In this document: positions 12,201 through 23,639 of the stretch, piece after piece
Position numbering within the stretch: position 1 is the stretch's first letter
How the letters are laid out: every line of letters begins with the position of its first letter
NCBI RefSeq assembly: GCF_031769215.1
Contig: NW_026781956.1
Span: forward strand, 310,001-374,000
From: Ylistrum balloti
Lineage: Eukaryota
Direction: 5' to 3'
Length of the DNA stretch: 64,000 nt
Notes under the pieces: model-generated
Database searches by the model: none
Told to the model about the DNA's origin: nothing
Seen by the model: only the letters and a program-made list of their open reading frames with translations
Program-made: the position numbers and the translations under genes

Positions 12201-15200
12201 ACGTACTGTGTTAACAAACTATACATAATTACAATATAGACATGTCTACACTCTAGACGTATAATATATGTTGTGTTAACGAGATACACAGGTATAATTC
12301 GTGTTGTGTTTGTACAATAGACATACAGGTTTTATCAACGATGTGTTGACACACTAGACACATAGTTACAATACGTGTATTGTTTACACACTTGACATAC
12401 AGACATCAGACGTGTTGTAATTACACACTTGACACATGTGTAATACGTGTTGTGTTTACTTACTAGACACACAGATATGATACGTGTTGTGTTTACACAC
12501 CAGACACACATGTATAATACGTGTAGTGTTTACAGACTAGACACACATGTATAATACGTGTAGTGTTTACAGACTAGACACACATGTATGATACGTGTTG
12601 TGTTTACACACCAGACACACATGTAGTATTTACACACTAGACATACATGTATAATACATGTAGTGTTTACACACTAGACACACATGTATGATACGTGTTG
12701 TGTTTACACACCAGACACACAGGTATAATACGTGTGGTGTTTACACACTAGACATACATGTATAATATATGTAGTGTTTACACACTAGACACACATGTAT
12801 GATACGTGTTGTGTTTACACATCAGACACACATGTAGTGTTTACACACTAGACATACATGTATAATACATGTAGTGTTTACACACTTGACATACAGACAT
12901 CAGACGTGTTGTAATTACACACTTGACACATGTGTAATACGTGTTGTGTTTACTTACTAGACACACAGGTATGATACGTGTTGTGTCTACATACTAGATA
13001 CACAGGTATGATACATGTAGTGTCTACATACTAGATACAAAGGTATCATATGTGTTGTATTTACACACTAGTCACTTTTACCTTCCCTTATATAACACTT
13101 CCCACTTCGTTTTACCTCCCGTATTTCACAATTCTCATTGCGTGGTAACCCCCTCCTTATACAACACTTAACACCTCCCTCTACTTCCCCGTATTTAACA
13201 ATTCTCACTGCGTGGTACCCCCCTCCTTATACAATACTTAACACCCCCTTCTACCTCCCCGTATTTAACAATTCTTACTTCGTGGTCCCCCCTCCTTATA
13301 CAATACTTAACACCTCCTTCTACCTCCCCGTATTTAAAAATTCTTACTTCGTGGTACCCCCCTCCTTATACAACACTTAACACCTCCTTCTACATCCCCG
13401 TATTTAACAATTCTTACTTCGTGGTACCCCATTATACAACAATTAACACCTCCTTCTACTTCCCCGTATTTAACAATTTTTACTGTGTGGTACCCCCCTC
13501 ATTATACAACACTTAACACCTCCTTCTACTTCCCCGTATTTAACGATTCACACTTCGTGGTACCCCCCACCTTATACAATACTTAACACCTCCTTCTACC
13601 TCCCCGTATTCAACAATTTTTACTGCGTGGTACCCCCTCCTTATACAATACTTAACACCTCCTTCTACCTCCCCGTATTTAACAATTTTCATTGCGTGGT
13701 ACCCCCCTCATTATACAATACTTAACACCTCCTTCTACCTCCCCGTATATAACGATTCACACTTCGTGGTACCCCCTCCTTATACAATACTGAACACCTC
13801 CTTCTACCTCCCCGTATTTAACAATTCTTACTTCGTGGTACCCCCCTCCTTAAACAGCACTTAACACCTCCTTCTACCTTCCCGTATGTAACAATTCTCA
13901 CTTCGTTTAACTTTCCCGTATTTAACTTCTCTAACTTCGTACATAACGTTTCCATTCTCGTGATACCTCTCAATATTTAACAATTTTAATTCGTGGTACC
14001 TCCTCATAAATAACACTTTCCATGTCATTCTCCCTAAAAAAAAACAGTTTTCATGGTGTGCGTCAACCTATATAACACTTCCCAAGCTGTTGTACTTCCC
14101 GGTATATGTCACTTCGCACGGCATGGTACCTCCCCGGATATAACACCTCCAATCTCGTGGTACCTCCCTGGATATAACACCTCCAATCTCGTGGTATTTT
14201 CCCCAATATAACATCTCCCATCTCATCGTTCTTTCCCGTTTATAAAATTTCCTTCGTCACGGTAACTCTGAAAACAACACTTCCCACTCCCATACTACCT
14301 TCCAATATTGAACATGTCCCACCTCTGTGGCCCAACATCCACACCAGCATATTCAGAGTGAACACTTTCGTTCTGCCTAGGTCCTCCTCTTCCTCCTCCT
14401 CTTTGCTGGATTTCTGTACTACACTTGACACTACTGGCGTTTTTTTCGGTCTCCTTGACATGGCGACTTATTAGGAGTCCACGTACTTGATAGACTTTTA
14501 AACACATCGACTATGTAAATCTTTTACGTGTTGTAAACATGGCGTGTGTAATTAATTCCTGGATATAAACACCGTGACTATTTACCAACAAGGTTGTATC
14601 CCTATGCGTCATAATCACATTGTATATAAAAAAGAAACGTCCCTCCGAAAACTGCCCAACCCTGCCACGGTTCGCCAGTAGTACAGCTCGTGTTTACGTC
14701 AATTGTAAGTACATGTACCTACCTCATATATAATTAATGAGTTCATGCTAATTACCTCTTCCGAACAGTGGAAAACAGCTTTTATATTCCCTCATATCTT
14801 GGATGACCTAAACAGCATTAGCCTGGTCCATCCGTGCCGGAAGTTATATTGTTGACCCTGGCAACCTACATATATGACCAATATGGAATTCCACATCATC
14901 CATGACTTATCTACATTTTATGATTAATATCTAATGTTGCGGAACCATTTTATAGTCTGATACTGTAAGAGAGTCACGTGGATAAAACCATCTGTTAAAT
15001 GTTTCCTTTGTTCTTATGTATACAATGATATCTGAAGATAGGTACCAGAGAGGGAGATTTGAACTGTGACAGACAGAGAGAATTACATCCTCACTATTTA
15101 TGTCCCATCATGTCCACCTACCCATACCCTTTTGTGATCAGTCAATCATGTCCTATCCCTCCCCATCACTGAACCATGACCTCCTACCCAACTCCACCCC

Positions 15201-18200
15201 TCCCACACCCTCACAATCACCGACGCGTAATGCTGACCGTCGTTAATTGCCTGTGACGGAACCATCTCACTTACAACATCATACCCTTATATAGGGCACA
15301 ATAAAGCGAGCTGCCGCTACAGAGATGCAAGTAGATACCCCGAAATAAAGCAGGTATTGTAGGAATTTACCTTATGATTGATTTTTATCACGAAGCAGGT
15401 GTTCAGTTCTCTAATGCCTTTTATTTGCTTTATCATTGTATGCGTTCTATATTTCGGACACGTGACCTGCGAATTATAACTTGTACAATATAGAAAGCAT
15501 GTTTATACCTAGGTCACGGTATTTTTGCGCACTGTGTCACACAGGTCACAGATGACGCGATAATTTTCTTTAAATATTAATAGTAACTTGTAAATAATGA
15601 GTAACACCTATTATCACTAATTTCACTAATTGTATTTCGTGCTCAGCATTACCAAGCCAATATTGACACCAGAACTTTCGATCGGAGTTGGTGATGATAG
15701 GTATTTTGTTGTTCTGTTTACTCCGGTAGTGTTTTAACCTGAAGATCATGCTGTTGAACATTGAACAGTTCGTCTGTTATACATTCGGGAAAAAAACATC
15801 TTGTGTCGCAGGTCAAAGTTAAGTCTAGTGTTTACTCTGAACATTCTTCTAGAATTAGGTATCTACTCTGAACCATAGTCCACTCCAATGTTGACTCTGA
15901 GAATACGTCTTGAATTAGAAGTCTAAAATAGAAGCTAAATTACATATTTAATATGTGCATATTTCTGTCAACAAATTACTTAATTGGTGACTGTTATGAA
16001 TAGTACAGACAACCCAATGGTTGTAATCTCTTACTGCCCAAGGTTAACAATACACCATAGTAGCATATACTCACTAACAACTTCAGGGTCAGCATGCAGG
16101 ATATTGGAGTTTACCTAGATCACGATACAAATGTCTGAAAACCCTAGTGTAAACAGTCATCCGGGCCTAATCTGTTTTATCAGTAATTGCAGTTTCTTTC
16201 AAATCCCCATTTAACATCCCAAAGGAAGACAAATCAAAGAAAATGTTGAAATTAAACAAACTGCCGAAAAAAACAAACAACAGAAAATTTCTTCTCGCAT
16301 GTTATCCTTTTTTGTAACATTTCCTAGTTATTCTGTCACATGTAATATATACATGTTCAAGTGTTCAAGTGCAACCTTTTCAAGAAATGTTGTCTTAAAC
16401 AGTGGAATTAAAACATACAAACATTCTCATCGGGTGTTTTTCTTATGTAAAGACAGGACTCAATGGAAGAGAGTAAGTAATAATCCGGATATGTATGAAT
16501 GAGAGTAAGTAATGGTCCGGATACGTATGACTGAGAGTAAGTAATGATCCAGATACGTATGACTGAGAGTAAGTAATTGTCCGGATACTTATGACTGAGA
16601 GTAAGTAATGGTCCGGATACATATGACTGAGAGTAAGTAATGGCCCGGATACGTATGATTGAGCGTAAGTAATGGTCCGGATACGTATGACTGATAGTAA
16701 GTAATGGTCCGGATAGGTATGACTGAGAGTAAGTAATAATCCGGATACGTATGACTGAGAGTAAGTAATGGTCCGGATATATATGACTGATAGTAAGTAA
16801 TGATCCGGATACGTATAACTGAGAGTAAGTAATGGTCCGGATACGTATGACAGAGTAAGTAATGGTCCGGATAGGTATGACTGAGAGTAAGTAATGGTCC
16901 GGATAGGTATGACTGATAGTAAGTAATGGTCCGGATAGGTATGACTGAGAGTAAGTAATGGTCCGGATACGTATGACAGAGTAAGTGATGGCCCGGATAC
17001 GTATGACTGAGAGTAAGTAATGGTCCGGATACGTATGACTGAGAGTAAGTAATGGTCCGGATACAAATGACTGAGAGTAAGTAATGGTCTATATTTGGTA
17101 ATTTGAATCAGAACGTCACAACTGATAATCTACTTTCTACATGTGAAGTAATTGACATCGTCATATTTTATAAAAATTTTTGATTTCGATAAATTTGTTA
17201 CAATTTTGTAAAGTTCAGTATTGATCATTCCAGGTATACAGGTAATCTCATCACTGAGTAGATTGATCAGGGTGTGGAAAGATGCTTGTCGTGTATTGGA
17301 AAATGAACGGAATGGGAATGGAAAGTGTAGAAATGGAAAGTGTAGAAATGGATAGTGACTTGTCAGGGACTGGAAAATGACTGGTCTGAGGGAGAAAATT
17401 GTTTTGACAGGAAATGGAACGTTACTGGTTTGTGTGTGGAAAGTGATGGGGCTGGGAATCGAGAAGGACTGGTCTGAAAGTGGAAAGTGACTGTTTTAGT
17501 CATCACATTATGTCCCGTCTTTGTCGCAACGACTGGACATTTATCATGGACCAGTGATAAAGTAGTCATTATTGATAGGTTAGGGATCGATATCCATGAT
17601 TGGTGTGCACACACTGTGGAGAGTAATTGGGGGGAAACTCACATACAGAGGAATAGGCGTAAACATATGTTACAAGTGATTCCATGCGGATAATGTTCAA
17701 TCGATACAAAATAACGATGACATACAAACTATGTGTTCCGTTATCATTACATGTAGTTGTATATGTGTTCCGTTATCACTACATGTAGTTGTATATGTGT
17801 TCCGTTATCACTACCTGTACTTGTACATGTGTTCCGTTATCACTACATGTAGTTGTATATGTCCGTTATCACTACATGTAGTGGTATATGTGTTCCGTTA
17901 TCACTACATGTAGTTGTATATGTGTTCTGTTATCACTACATGTAGTTGTACATGTGTTCCCTTATCACTACATGTAGTTGTATGTGTTTCGTTATCACTA
18001 CATGTATATGTGTTCCGTTATCACTATATGTAGTTGTACATGTGTTCCGTTATCACTACATGTATATGTGTTCCGTTATCACTACATGTAGTTGTATGTG
18101 TTCCGCTATCACTACATGTACTTGTACATGTGTTCCGTTATCACTACATGTAGTTTTATATGTCCGTTATCACTACATGTAGTTGTATATGTCCGTTATC

Positions 18201-21200
18201 ACTACATGTAGTGGTATATGTGTTCCGTTATCACTACATGTAGTTGTATATGTATTCTGTTATCACTACATGTAGTTGTACATGTGTTCCCTTATCACTA
18301 CATGTAGTTGTATATGTTTCGTTATCACTACATGTATATGTGTTCCGTTATCACTATATGTAGTTGTACATGTGTTCCGTTATCACTACATGTATATGTG
18401 TTCCGTTATCACTACATGTAGTTGTATGTGTTCCGCTATCACTACATGTATATGTGTTCCGTTATCACTACATGTAGTTGTACATGTGTTCCGTTATCAC
18501 TACATGTAGTTGTATGTGTTCCGTTATCACTACATGTAGTTGTACATGTGTTCCGTTATCACTACATGTAGTTGTATGTGTTCCGTTATCACTACATGTA
18601 GTTGTACATGTGTTCCGTTATCACTACATGTAGTTGTATGTGTTCCGTTATCACTACATGTAGTTGTACATGTATTCCGTTATCAGTACATGTAGTTGTA
18701 CATGTGTTCCGTTATCACGACATGTACATGTGTTCCGTTATCACTACATGTACATGTGTTCCCCGACTTGTTTCCAGTGACATAGAGTGCATGGAGTTTT
18801 TCTTTATCGTATAACCGACCTCTTATCCAGTGAAGCTGATCATGTAATGGTTTGATGTATATGTCACTCGCTAAGTCTCCAAATAAAAACTTCTAGGAAA
18901 AATCGTTTCTTGAAATCAAAGCATTAGATCTCGTGATATACAGCATCAATCTGTAGTTATAACAGACATGTAGTTGTATGTGTTGTGATATACATGTAGT
19001 TGCACCAATCTGTAGTTATAAGAGACACAGACTTAGATCTCGTGATATACAGCATCAATCTGTAGTTATAACAGACAAAGATTAGATACATGTGATATGC
19101 ACCAATGTGTAGTTATAACAGACAAAGACTTGATCTCGTGATATACAGCACCAATCTGTAGTTATGTGTTCACAGACTTGTTTCCAGTGATATACAGTAC
19201 CAAGTTTTTCTGTAGTTATAACCGACCTCGTGATATCCAGTGAACTGATCATGTAATGGTTTGATCTATATGTCACTCGCTAAGTCTCCAAATAAAAACT
19301 TCTAGGAAAAATCGTTTCTTGAAATCAAAGCATTAGATCTCGTGATATACAGCATCAATCTGTAGTTATAACAGACACAGACTTAGATCTTGTGATATAC
19401 AGCACCAATCTGTAGTTATAACAGACAAAGACTTAGATCTTGTGATATACAGCACCAATCTGTAGTTATAACAGACACAGACTTAGATCTTGTGATATAC
19501 AGCATCAATCTGTAGTTATAACAGACACAGACTTAGATCTTGTGATATACAGCATCAATCTGTAGTTATAACAGACACAGACTTAGATCTTGTGATATAC
19601 AGCACCAATCTGTAGTTATAACAGACAAAGACTTAGATCTCGTGATATACAGCACCAATCTGTAGTTATAACAGACACAGACTTAGATCTCGTGATATAC
19701 AGCACCAATCTGTAGTTATAACAGACAAAGACTTAGATCTCGTGATATACAGCACCAATCTGTAGTTATAACAGACAAAGACTTAGATCTCGTGATATAC
19801 AGCACCAATCTGTAGTTATAACAGACACAGACTTAGATCTCGTGATATACAGCACCAATCTGTAGTTATATCAGACAAAGACTTAGATCTCGTGATATAC
19901 AGCACCAATCTGTAGTTATAACAGACACAGACTTAGATCTTGTGATATACAGCACCAATCTGTAGTTATAACAGACAAAGACTTAGATCTCGTGATATAC
20001 AGCACCAATCTGTAGTTATAAGAGACAAAGACTTAGATCCCGTGATATACAGCACCAATCTGTAGTTATAACAGACACAGACTTAGATCTCGTGATATAC
20101 AGCACCAATCTGTAGTTATAACAGACAAAGACTTAGATCCCGTGATATACAGCACCAATCTGTAGTTATAACAGACAAAGACTTAGATCTTGTGATATAC
20201 AGCACCAATCTGTAGTTATAACAGACAAAAACTTAGATCTTGTGATATACAGCACCAATCTGTAGTTATAACAGACAAAAACTTAGATCTTGTGATATAC
20301 AGCACCAATCTGTAGTTATAACAGACACAGACTTAGATCCCGTGATATACAGCACCAATCTGTAGTTATAACAGACACAGACTTAGATCTAGTGATATAC
20401 AGCACCAATCTGTAGTTATAACAGACACAGACTTAGATCTCGTGATATACAACACCAATCTGTAGTTATAACAGACAAAGACTTAGATCTTGTGATATAC
20501 AGCACAAATCTGTAGTTATAACAGACAAAGTCTTAGATCTTGTGATATACAGCACCAATCTGTAGTTATAACAGACAAAGACTTAGATCTCGTGATGTAC
20601 AACACCAATCTGTAGTTATAACAGACAAAGACTTAGATCTTGTGATATACAGCACCAATCTGTAGTTATAACAGACACAGACTTAGATCTCGTGATATAC
20701 AGCACCGTGTCAAAACTATGTCCCTCTCGCTCTCTAAATATGTCTTTCTTCTCGACTTGCACCCATCGCTGCTCATCGTGTTGTGATGTAAAAAGATCGA
20801 AATAGGAGACGTTAAGATTAAAAGTTAAAACGACATTAAAGTTAGGAGTATGGCCTCCGAAATATACAGATTGTCAACAGAGATTTGTTGGATTTCGATC
20901 ATATGACGTGTGAGAAAAATGGAACTTGTTTAAGATACAATGTTGAATTAACTTTCAAAAATGTCTTGGTGTATCAGAAAACATTTTGGGTCACAAAAAG
21001 TACTAACAAAGCCTTGGTACAATATTCCAAGAGGATAACAGCGTATGTCACGATCCAGATTGCATGAAACGTGGACAGCAGCAAACTTTATGTCCTACGA
21101 TGACCTTGTCTTGAATAAATCCAATGGAAATTTATATTGATGATAAAATGGAAACTTGAAATGCTGAAAATCATTACGTTTTTGCTACGTTATATCTAGA

Positions 21201-22285
21201 AAATGTGTTTTTATCACACCAAATCATCATTAGGAATCAAGTACAATAGATAACAAGAATTACCAAGATGTTACTTAATCAGAGTTCAAGCTAAAATCTA
21301 GCACCTTTTGTAGGATAACACCTATTTTTTTTGTTTTTTCTTTTGTCGTCAACATACATTTTTCGATACCATGCCTTGTCATGATTTTCCTACAGATTCT
21401 ATAATATCAAATAAATCGTAATGTTGGCAGTAAGCCCTTGGTAATCGCAGTAATAGCGATATATCAACACTATAGGCAGTAGCTGTTACTGTCTTGAAAT
21501 GGTAATTTCACGACAAAACTGCCTTAATTTCGTTGCTTTGATCATACTTTTAAGTGATCTTTGATACGTGATCTGAAAAATTCTGAGAAGCTATACACAC
21601 GTGGGGAAGATTTGTATTTTCAGTATATGAACGTTGACTCTATATATGGTTGTTGCCAAGCATCTTACTTTTGGAGTGTGACATTACGTGGATATGATCA
21701 GGATCTTGAACGCTAACCCTTCCAGAATAGCTGGTTCTGGCCATTTTTTTTTTATTTTTATCATAATTTTTGTTTACTTTTGTTCATATTTTGTCGTTAC
21801 CATGATTTTCATATTTAATTTCAATGTTTTATAAAATGTGAAAGCAAAAATACCTGGACATAACTTCAACTCTGATTATTTTATCTTCGACGCTTAATTA
21901 TCCGAATTTGAAGACATAGATTGTACATCAAAGAGATCTAACATACAGGTAATTTTCTCACCGTCGTCGTCCTCAAGGTCCGTGTCGTAGTCATCACTAG
22001 TCGGAGAGGCTTTTCCTACTTTGTTCTCCTCTTCACTCACGTTACCGTCACCTTCGCTATCTTTGTTTAGCGTATCCTCTTTGTTATCTTTGCTGGTCTT
22101 TGACCTCACATTGGCAACTGAACGAACGGCGCTCTTCCGGCCCTTAATCAAACCATACTCCCTGTCAGATAGTATAAAACTGCGCTCGCTACTCTCCTCC
22201 GCCGAGCTGAGCAGATCTTCCAAACTCTGGTACTGCCGGTCCACCGTCAGTATATTCTCCATGTGGTAGGAATGTCTAGAGAATC
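130..22285 (-). CDS. LRRC74-like: Multi-exon LRRC74-like gene (leucine-rich repeat protein with C-terminal EF-hand-like motifs); 12 coding exons in window, 3' end beyond left edge, first exon unresolved
   Basis: Exons 22285-21962, 9489-9299, 9134-9027, 7080-6987, 6067-6018, 5808-5727, 2453-2368, 1770-1576, 1154-1062, 801-684, 450-314, 215-130 join in one open frame with GT-AG junctions. Motif order DDYDTDLE, YMDACQLLGSSP, then LDLEDNGL / LSENAL / VDLSHNEIG / LNLSWNHI / LNLSWNGF / LDISNNRI / IGNNPI follows LRRC74A/B as I recall them; the family name comes from recognition, not a database search. Confidence 0.85.
314..450 (-). CDS. LRRC74-like: LRRC74-like exon with EF-hand-like motif (ERREDPFTLLIRYL...DLFRIFDTDSHAHVTKESFMRGLK)
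   Basis: Acceptor ctgcgtttcag, donor AAG|GTAATA, 137 nt, phase 1-0. Confidence 0.88.
556..694. repeat. 30-bp tandem repeat containing the splice donor at 684
   Basis: TACCTCTAATGATGGCTATGTGGAATGCCT-like, about 4.5 copies. Confidence 0.9.
684..801 (-). CDS. LRRC74-like: LRRC74-like exon (DIPINSKVMAVVEEIRFQRLFSVNHGGILDTKDIIGIRR)
   Basis: Acceptor tgtgttgttag, donor GAG|GTAAGG, 118 nt, phase 0-1; duplicate donors at 624 and 564 make the 3' boundary ambiguous. Confidence 0.85.
1062..1154 (-). CDS. LRRC74-like: LRRC74-like exon (IGNNPISMEGCLKLLKSVSGSNSSVMHVGLE)
   Basis: Acceptor ctaattttttcag, donor GAG|GTAAGA, 93 nt, phase 0-0. Confidence 0.9.
1576..1770 (-). CDS. LRRC74-like: LRRC74-like LRR exon (KNTSIVNLNLSWNGFAFEG...LDISNNRINWEG...LQMLK)
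   Basis: Acceptor cttacactcacag, donor AAG|GTATGA, 195 nt, phase 0-0. Confidence 0.92.
2368..2453 (-). CDS. LRRC74-like: LRRC74-like LRR exon (EINDTLEVLNLSWNHIRRMGAVALCRGLQ)
   Basis: Acceptor ctccttcttacag, donor CAG|GTACTG, 86 nt, phase 1-0. Confidence 0.9.
2560..2830 (+). mobile_element. Penelope-like element RT fragment, frameshifted
   Basis: Pieces IFQQTIGI, GTNCTHLSADLF, AKTFNFTVR, IYLLELEIRDTSD match the PLE RT pattern FQQTxGIPMGTNCAPLLADLF...FNFTFRYIDD...IYPxELEIKDTT. Confidence 0.7.
3034..4378. repeat. 20-bp minisatellite, about 67 copies
   Basis: GTGTACACGTAATTCAGTTG. Confidence 0.97.
5363..5650. repeat. 24-bp minisatellite, about 12 copies
   Basis: ACCTCCATCATTATATAACTACAT. Confidence 0.95.
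5727..5808 (-). CDS. LRRC74-like: LRRC74-like LRR exon (GNVSLVWVDLSHNEIGEHGAHNLGAAL)
   Basis: Acceptor ttgtcttccaag, donor TTG|GTAAGT, 82 nt, phase 0-1. Confidence 0.9.
6018..6067 (-). CDS. LRRC74-like: LRRC74-like exon (GCHLGDIKVKQIAHGLR)
   Basis: Acceptor tttattattgtag, donor AGG|GTGAGT, 50 nt, phase 1-0; bridges the flanking exons exactly. Confidence 0.85.
6279..6870. repeat. 25-bp minisatellite, about 23 copies
   Basis: TGTCTTTGTCGGACACTGTCCTGAA. Confidence 0.95.
6987..7080 (-). CDS. LRRC74-like: LRRC74-like LRR exon (SLSENALNKSCAVVLGEMLTETTFLTHLNLS)
   Basis: Acceptor catactttacag, donor CTG|GTAATG, 94 nt, phase 0-1. Confidence 0.9.
7265..7518 (+). mobile_element. Putative solo LTR of a tRNA-containing TRIM (Helenus-like)
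   Basis: TGTAACA ... TGTTACA inverted termini enclose the tRNA-like cassette, which ends 27 bp before the right terminus; no clean TSD. Confidence 0.45.
7419..7491 (+). pseudogene. tRNA-Thr(AGT)-like degenerate sequence within a repeat element
   Basis: A-box TAGCTCGATTGG, B-box GGTTCGATTCC, loop ATAGTAA, 3' acceptor strand CGGAGGC-A; acceptor and anticodon stems mispaired. Confidence 0.7.
8691..8824 (+). mobile_element. Second tRNA-like cassette (8723-8794) within TGTAAT...ATTACA termini
   Basis: B-box-like AGTTCGAATCC, partly paired acceptor stem, cassette ends 30 bp before ATTACA; no TSD. Confidence 0.4.
8865..9045. repeat. 36-bp tandem repeat containing the exon end and splice donor at 9027
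   Basis: TTGACACTGACCATGGTACTCACCATATTAACGATG, about 4-5 copies. Confidence 0.92.
9027..9134 (-). CDS. LRRC74-like: LRRC74-like LRR exon (HNNRVESLDLEDNGLSEEAIVHVVEVLHHNINIANL)
   Basis: Acceptor ttatttgcag, donor TTG|GTGAGT, 108 nt, phase 0-0. Confidence 0.9.
9299..9489 (-). CDS. LRRC74-like: LRRC74-like exon (DEDEKNRERRENVDIGHVSYMDACQLLGSSP...ALAYALL)
   Basis: Acceptor ctatctcttaag, donor TTG|GTAAGT, 191 nt, phase 1-0. Confidence 0.9.
9556..10246. repeat. 32-bp minisatellite, about 21 copies
   Basis: ACAACAGTGCGGTCTATATCTAAACACTATAC. Confidence 0.95.
10600..11186. repeat. 38-bp degenerate minisatellite with internal palindrome
   Basis: GAATCGTTTTGTTCGGTACCGAATCGTTCCGTACTTTA; contains the palindrome TTCGGTACCGAA. 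Confidence 0.9.
12140..13070. repeat. About 37-bp degenerate minisatellite
   Basis: ACACACTAGACACACATGTATGATACGTGTTGTGTTT; core 12390-13070. Confidence 0.88.
13080..13930. repeat. About 70-bp minisatellite, about 11 copies
   Basis: CACCTCCTTCTACCTCCCCGTATTTAACAATTCTTACTTCGTGGTACCCCCCTCCTTATACAACACTTAA; degenerate relatives extend to about 14220. Confidence 0.92.
16466..17090. repeat. 32-bp minisatellite, about 19 copies
   Basis: GACTGAGAGTAAGTAATGGTCCGGATACGTAT. Confidence 0.96.
17731..18760. repeat. 26-32 bp minisatellite with a 330-bp higher-order duplication
   Basis: TGTGTTCCGTTATCACTACATGTAGTTGTATA and shorter variants; track ORFs at 17946 and 18276 are offset copies. Confidence 0.93.
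18925..20706. repeat. 50-bp minisatellite, about 27 regular copies from 19335
   Basis: ACTTAGATCTCGTGATATACAGCACCAATCTGTAGTTATAACAGACAAAG. Confidence 0.96.
21962..22285 (-). CDS. LRRC74-like: LRRC74-like exon: acidic N-terminal region (FSRHSYHMENIL...SDDYDTDLEDDD)
   Basis: Acceptor tttttttctgtgtag, donor G|GTGAGA, 324 nt, phase 1-1; overlaps track ORF 21894-22262. The ATG at 22262 could be the start codon. Confidence 0.85.
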
Positions 22286-22768
22286 CTACACAGAAAAAAA
22301 CAACAGACTTTCATTGAGGAAGGTTATAAAATCTCAAAGCTTTTTGTCTTTATCTAACACTGACGTATGCAAGACCTGTAAATGATGTGCTTAGGAGAAA
22401 AAACACAAATTAAAATGGAATTTGATGTAAATGTTGAAGTTTTACCTTACGACCATTTTGAGGGAGATTGAATGTACTTTGATCGGGTGGTTTTCCTTCT
22501 TATTTTGTAAATAATTTGGTTATTTCCTTTGGAAAAATCATCAGGAGTAATTCGGCAACAATGGCTTCACTGAGATGTCTTTAGTAACAATAGACAATGG
22601 TTATGACTTCGTCACTGTCCTATCTTTATTACCCAAACACAAGGGTCGAGATTTCTTTACTGTCCTATCTTAAGTAACAGTAGAAAATGATAGCGACTTT
22701 GTCACTGTCTTATCTTTATCAACCAAAATCAAGTTTTGAGAGAAGTAAGTCCATGGAATTTATATATA

Positions 22769-23639
22769 GGAGGGATGATTGAAAAGTTGTGAGTCTGCTA
22801 TTTCAGGGTTTGACTTTTAGCGGACATATTGCGTTATTTTTCGACATAATCCCCTTCAATATCTATAAATTTTTGCCTCAATGCCACTTTTAAGGAAGTC
22901 CTTTTCTTGACCGGTCAGAAAGTCCTCTACTGCATGTATGACGTAATTATCTGACCGAAAGTGGGTACCGGAAATGACCTTTTTCATTTTTGGAAGTAGA
23001 TGAAAGTCTGGTGGAGCGAGATGAGGCGAATATTCGGATACTCAATCAATTCAAAGCCACAATCGTTATAACCGACAAAATCTGCCTGATGTGATTCTGA
23101 TCAGTTGTCAGATGTCTTGGTACCCAACTGTCTGAGAGTTTTCTCATTGCAAGATTTCCTGTGAAATACCAAATGTAGTGGCTATATATCTTTCTGTAAC
23201 TCGCCTGTAAGCCATAACAATACCATAGACTTTATTGACCATTTCTGGGGTTGCAGCAGTGACAGACCTTCCAGGACGGGCGTCATCCCAAAGGCTCTAC
23301 CTGCCACGCTGAAATACCATTCACCAATCTTTACTCTGTAGCATATGAAGGGTCATCATACCCTAGTGTTGCTTCCATATCAGGATGGATATCATTAGGT
23401 GCTAGGCCTTTCTTATGCAAATACGGGATCACTGCTCTTTCAGCGATTTTGTCCATTTTGCAAAAGTCAATTGCCTTGTTTACGTTAGAGTGTTATCTCT
23501 TCGAAATAAACTGACTAAATGACACCAGTCTTTGGGTGCACAGCTTTAAATAGTCAAGAAAGAGTAGAGATTAAAAAAAGAAGGAAATCCCTGATTAACT
23601 TCGTCACTACAAGGCTCACAACTTATCAATCAGCCCTCG
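22769..23639 (-). mobile_element. Mariner (Tc1/mariner) transposon, internally deleted and degenerate
   Basis: About 27-bp imperfect TIRs (GGAGGGATGATTGAAAAGTTGTGAG vs CGAGGGCTGATTGATAAGTTGTGAG), TA on left and CA on right. Transposase remnants 23456-22834: MDKIAERAVI, DDARPGR, SWVPRHLT, SPHLAPPDFHLLPKMK, GDYVEK-stop. The middle of the catalytic domain is missing. Confidence 0.9.

Noticed and set aside
20705-20860. Possible minus-strand phase-1 exon (…YFDLFTSQHDEQRWVQVEKKDIFRERE…)
   Set aside because: Poor acceptor and donor, and exons 21962 and 9489 already join in frame.
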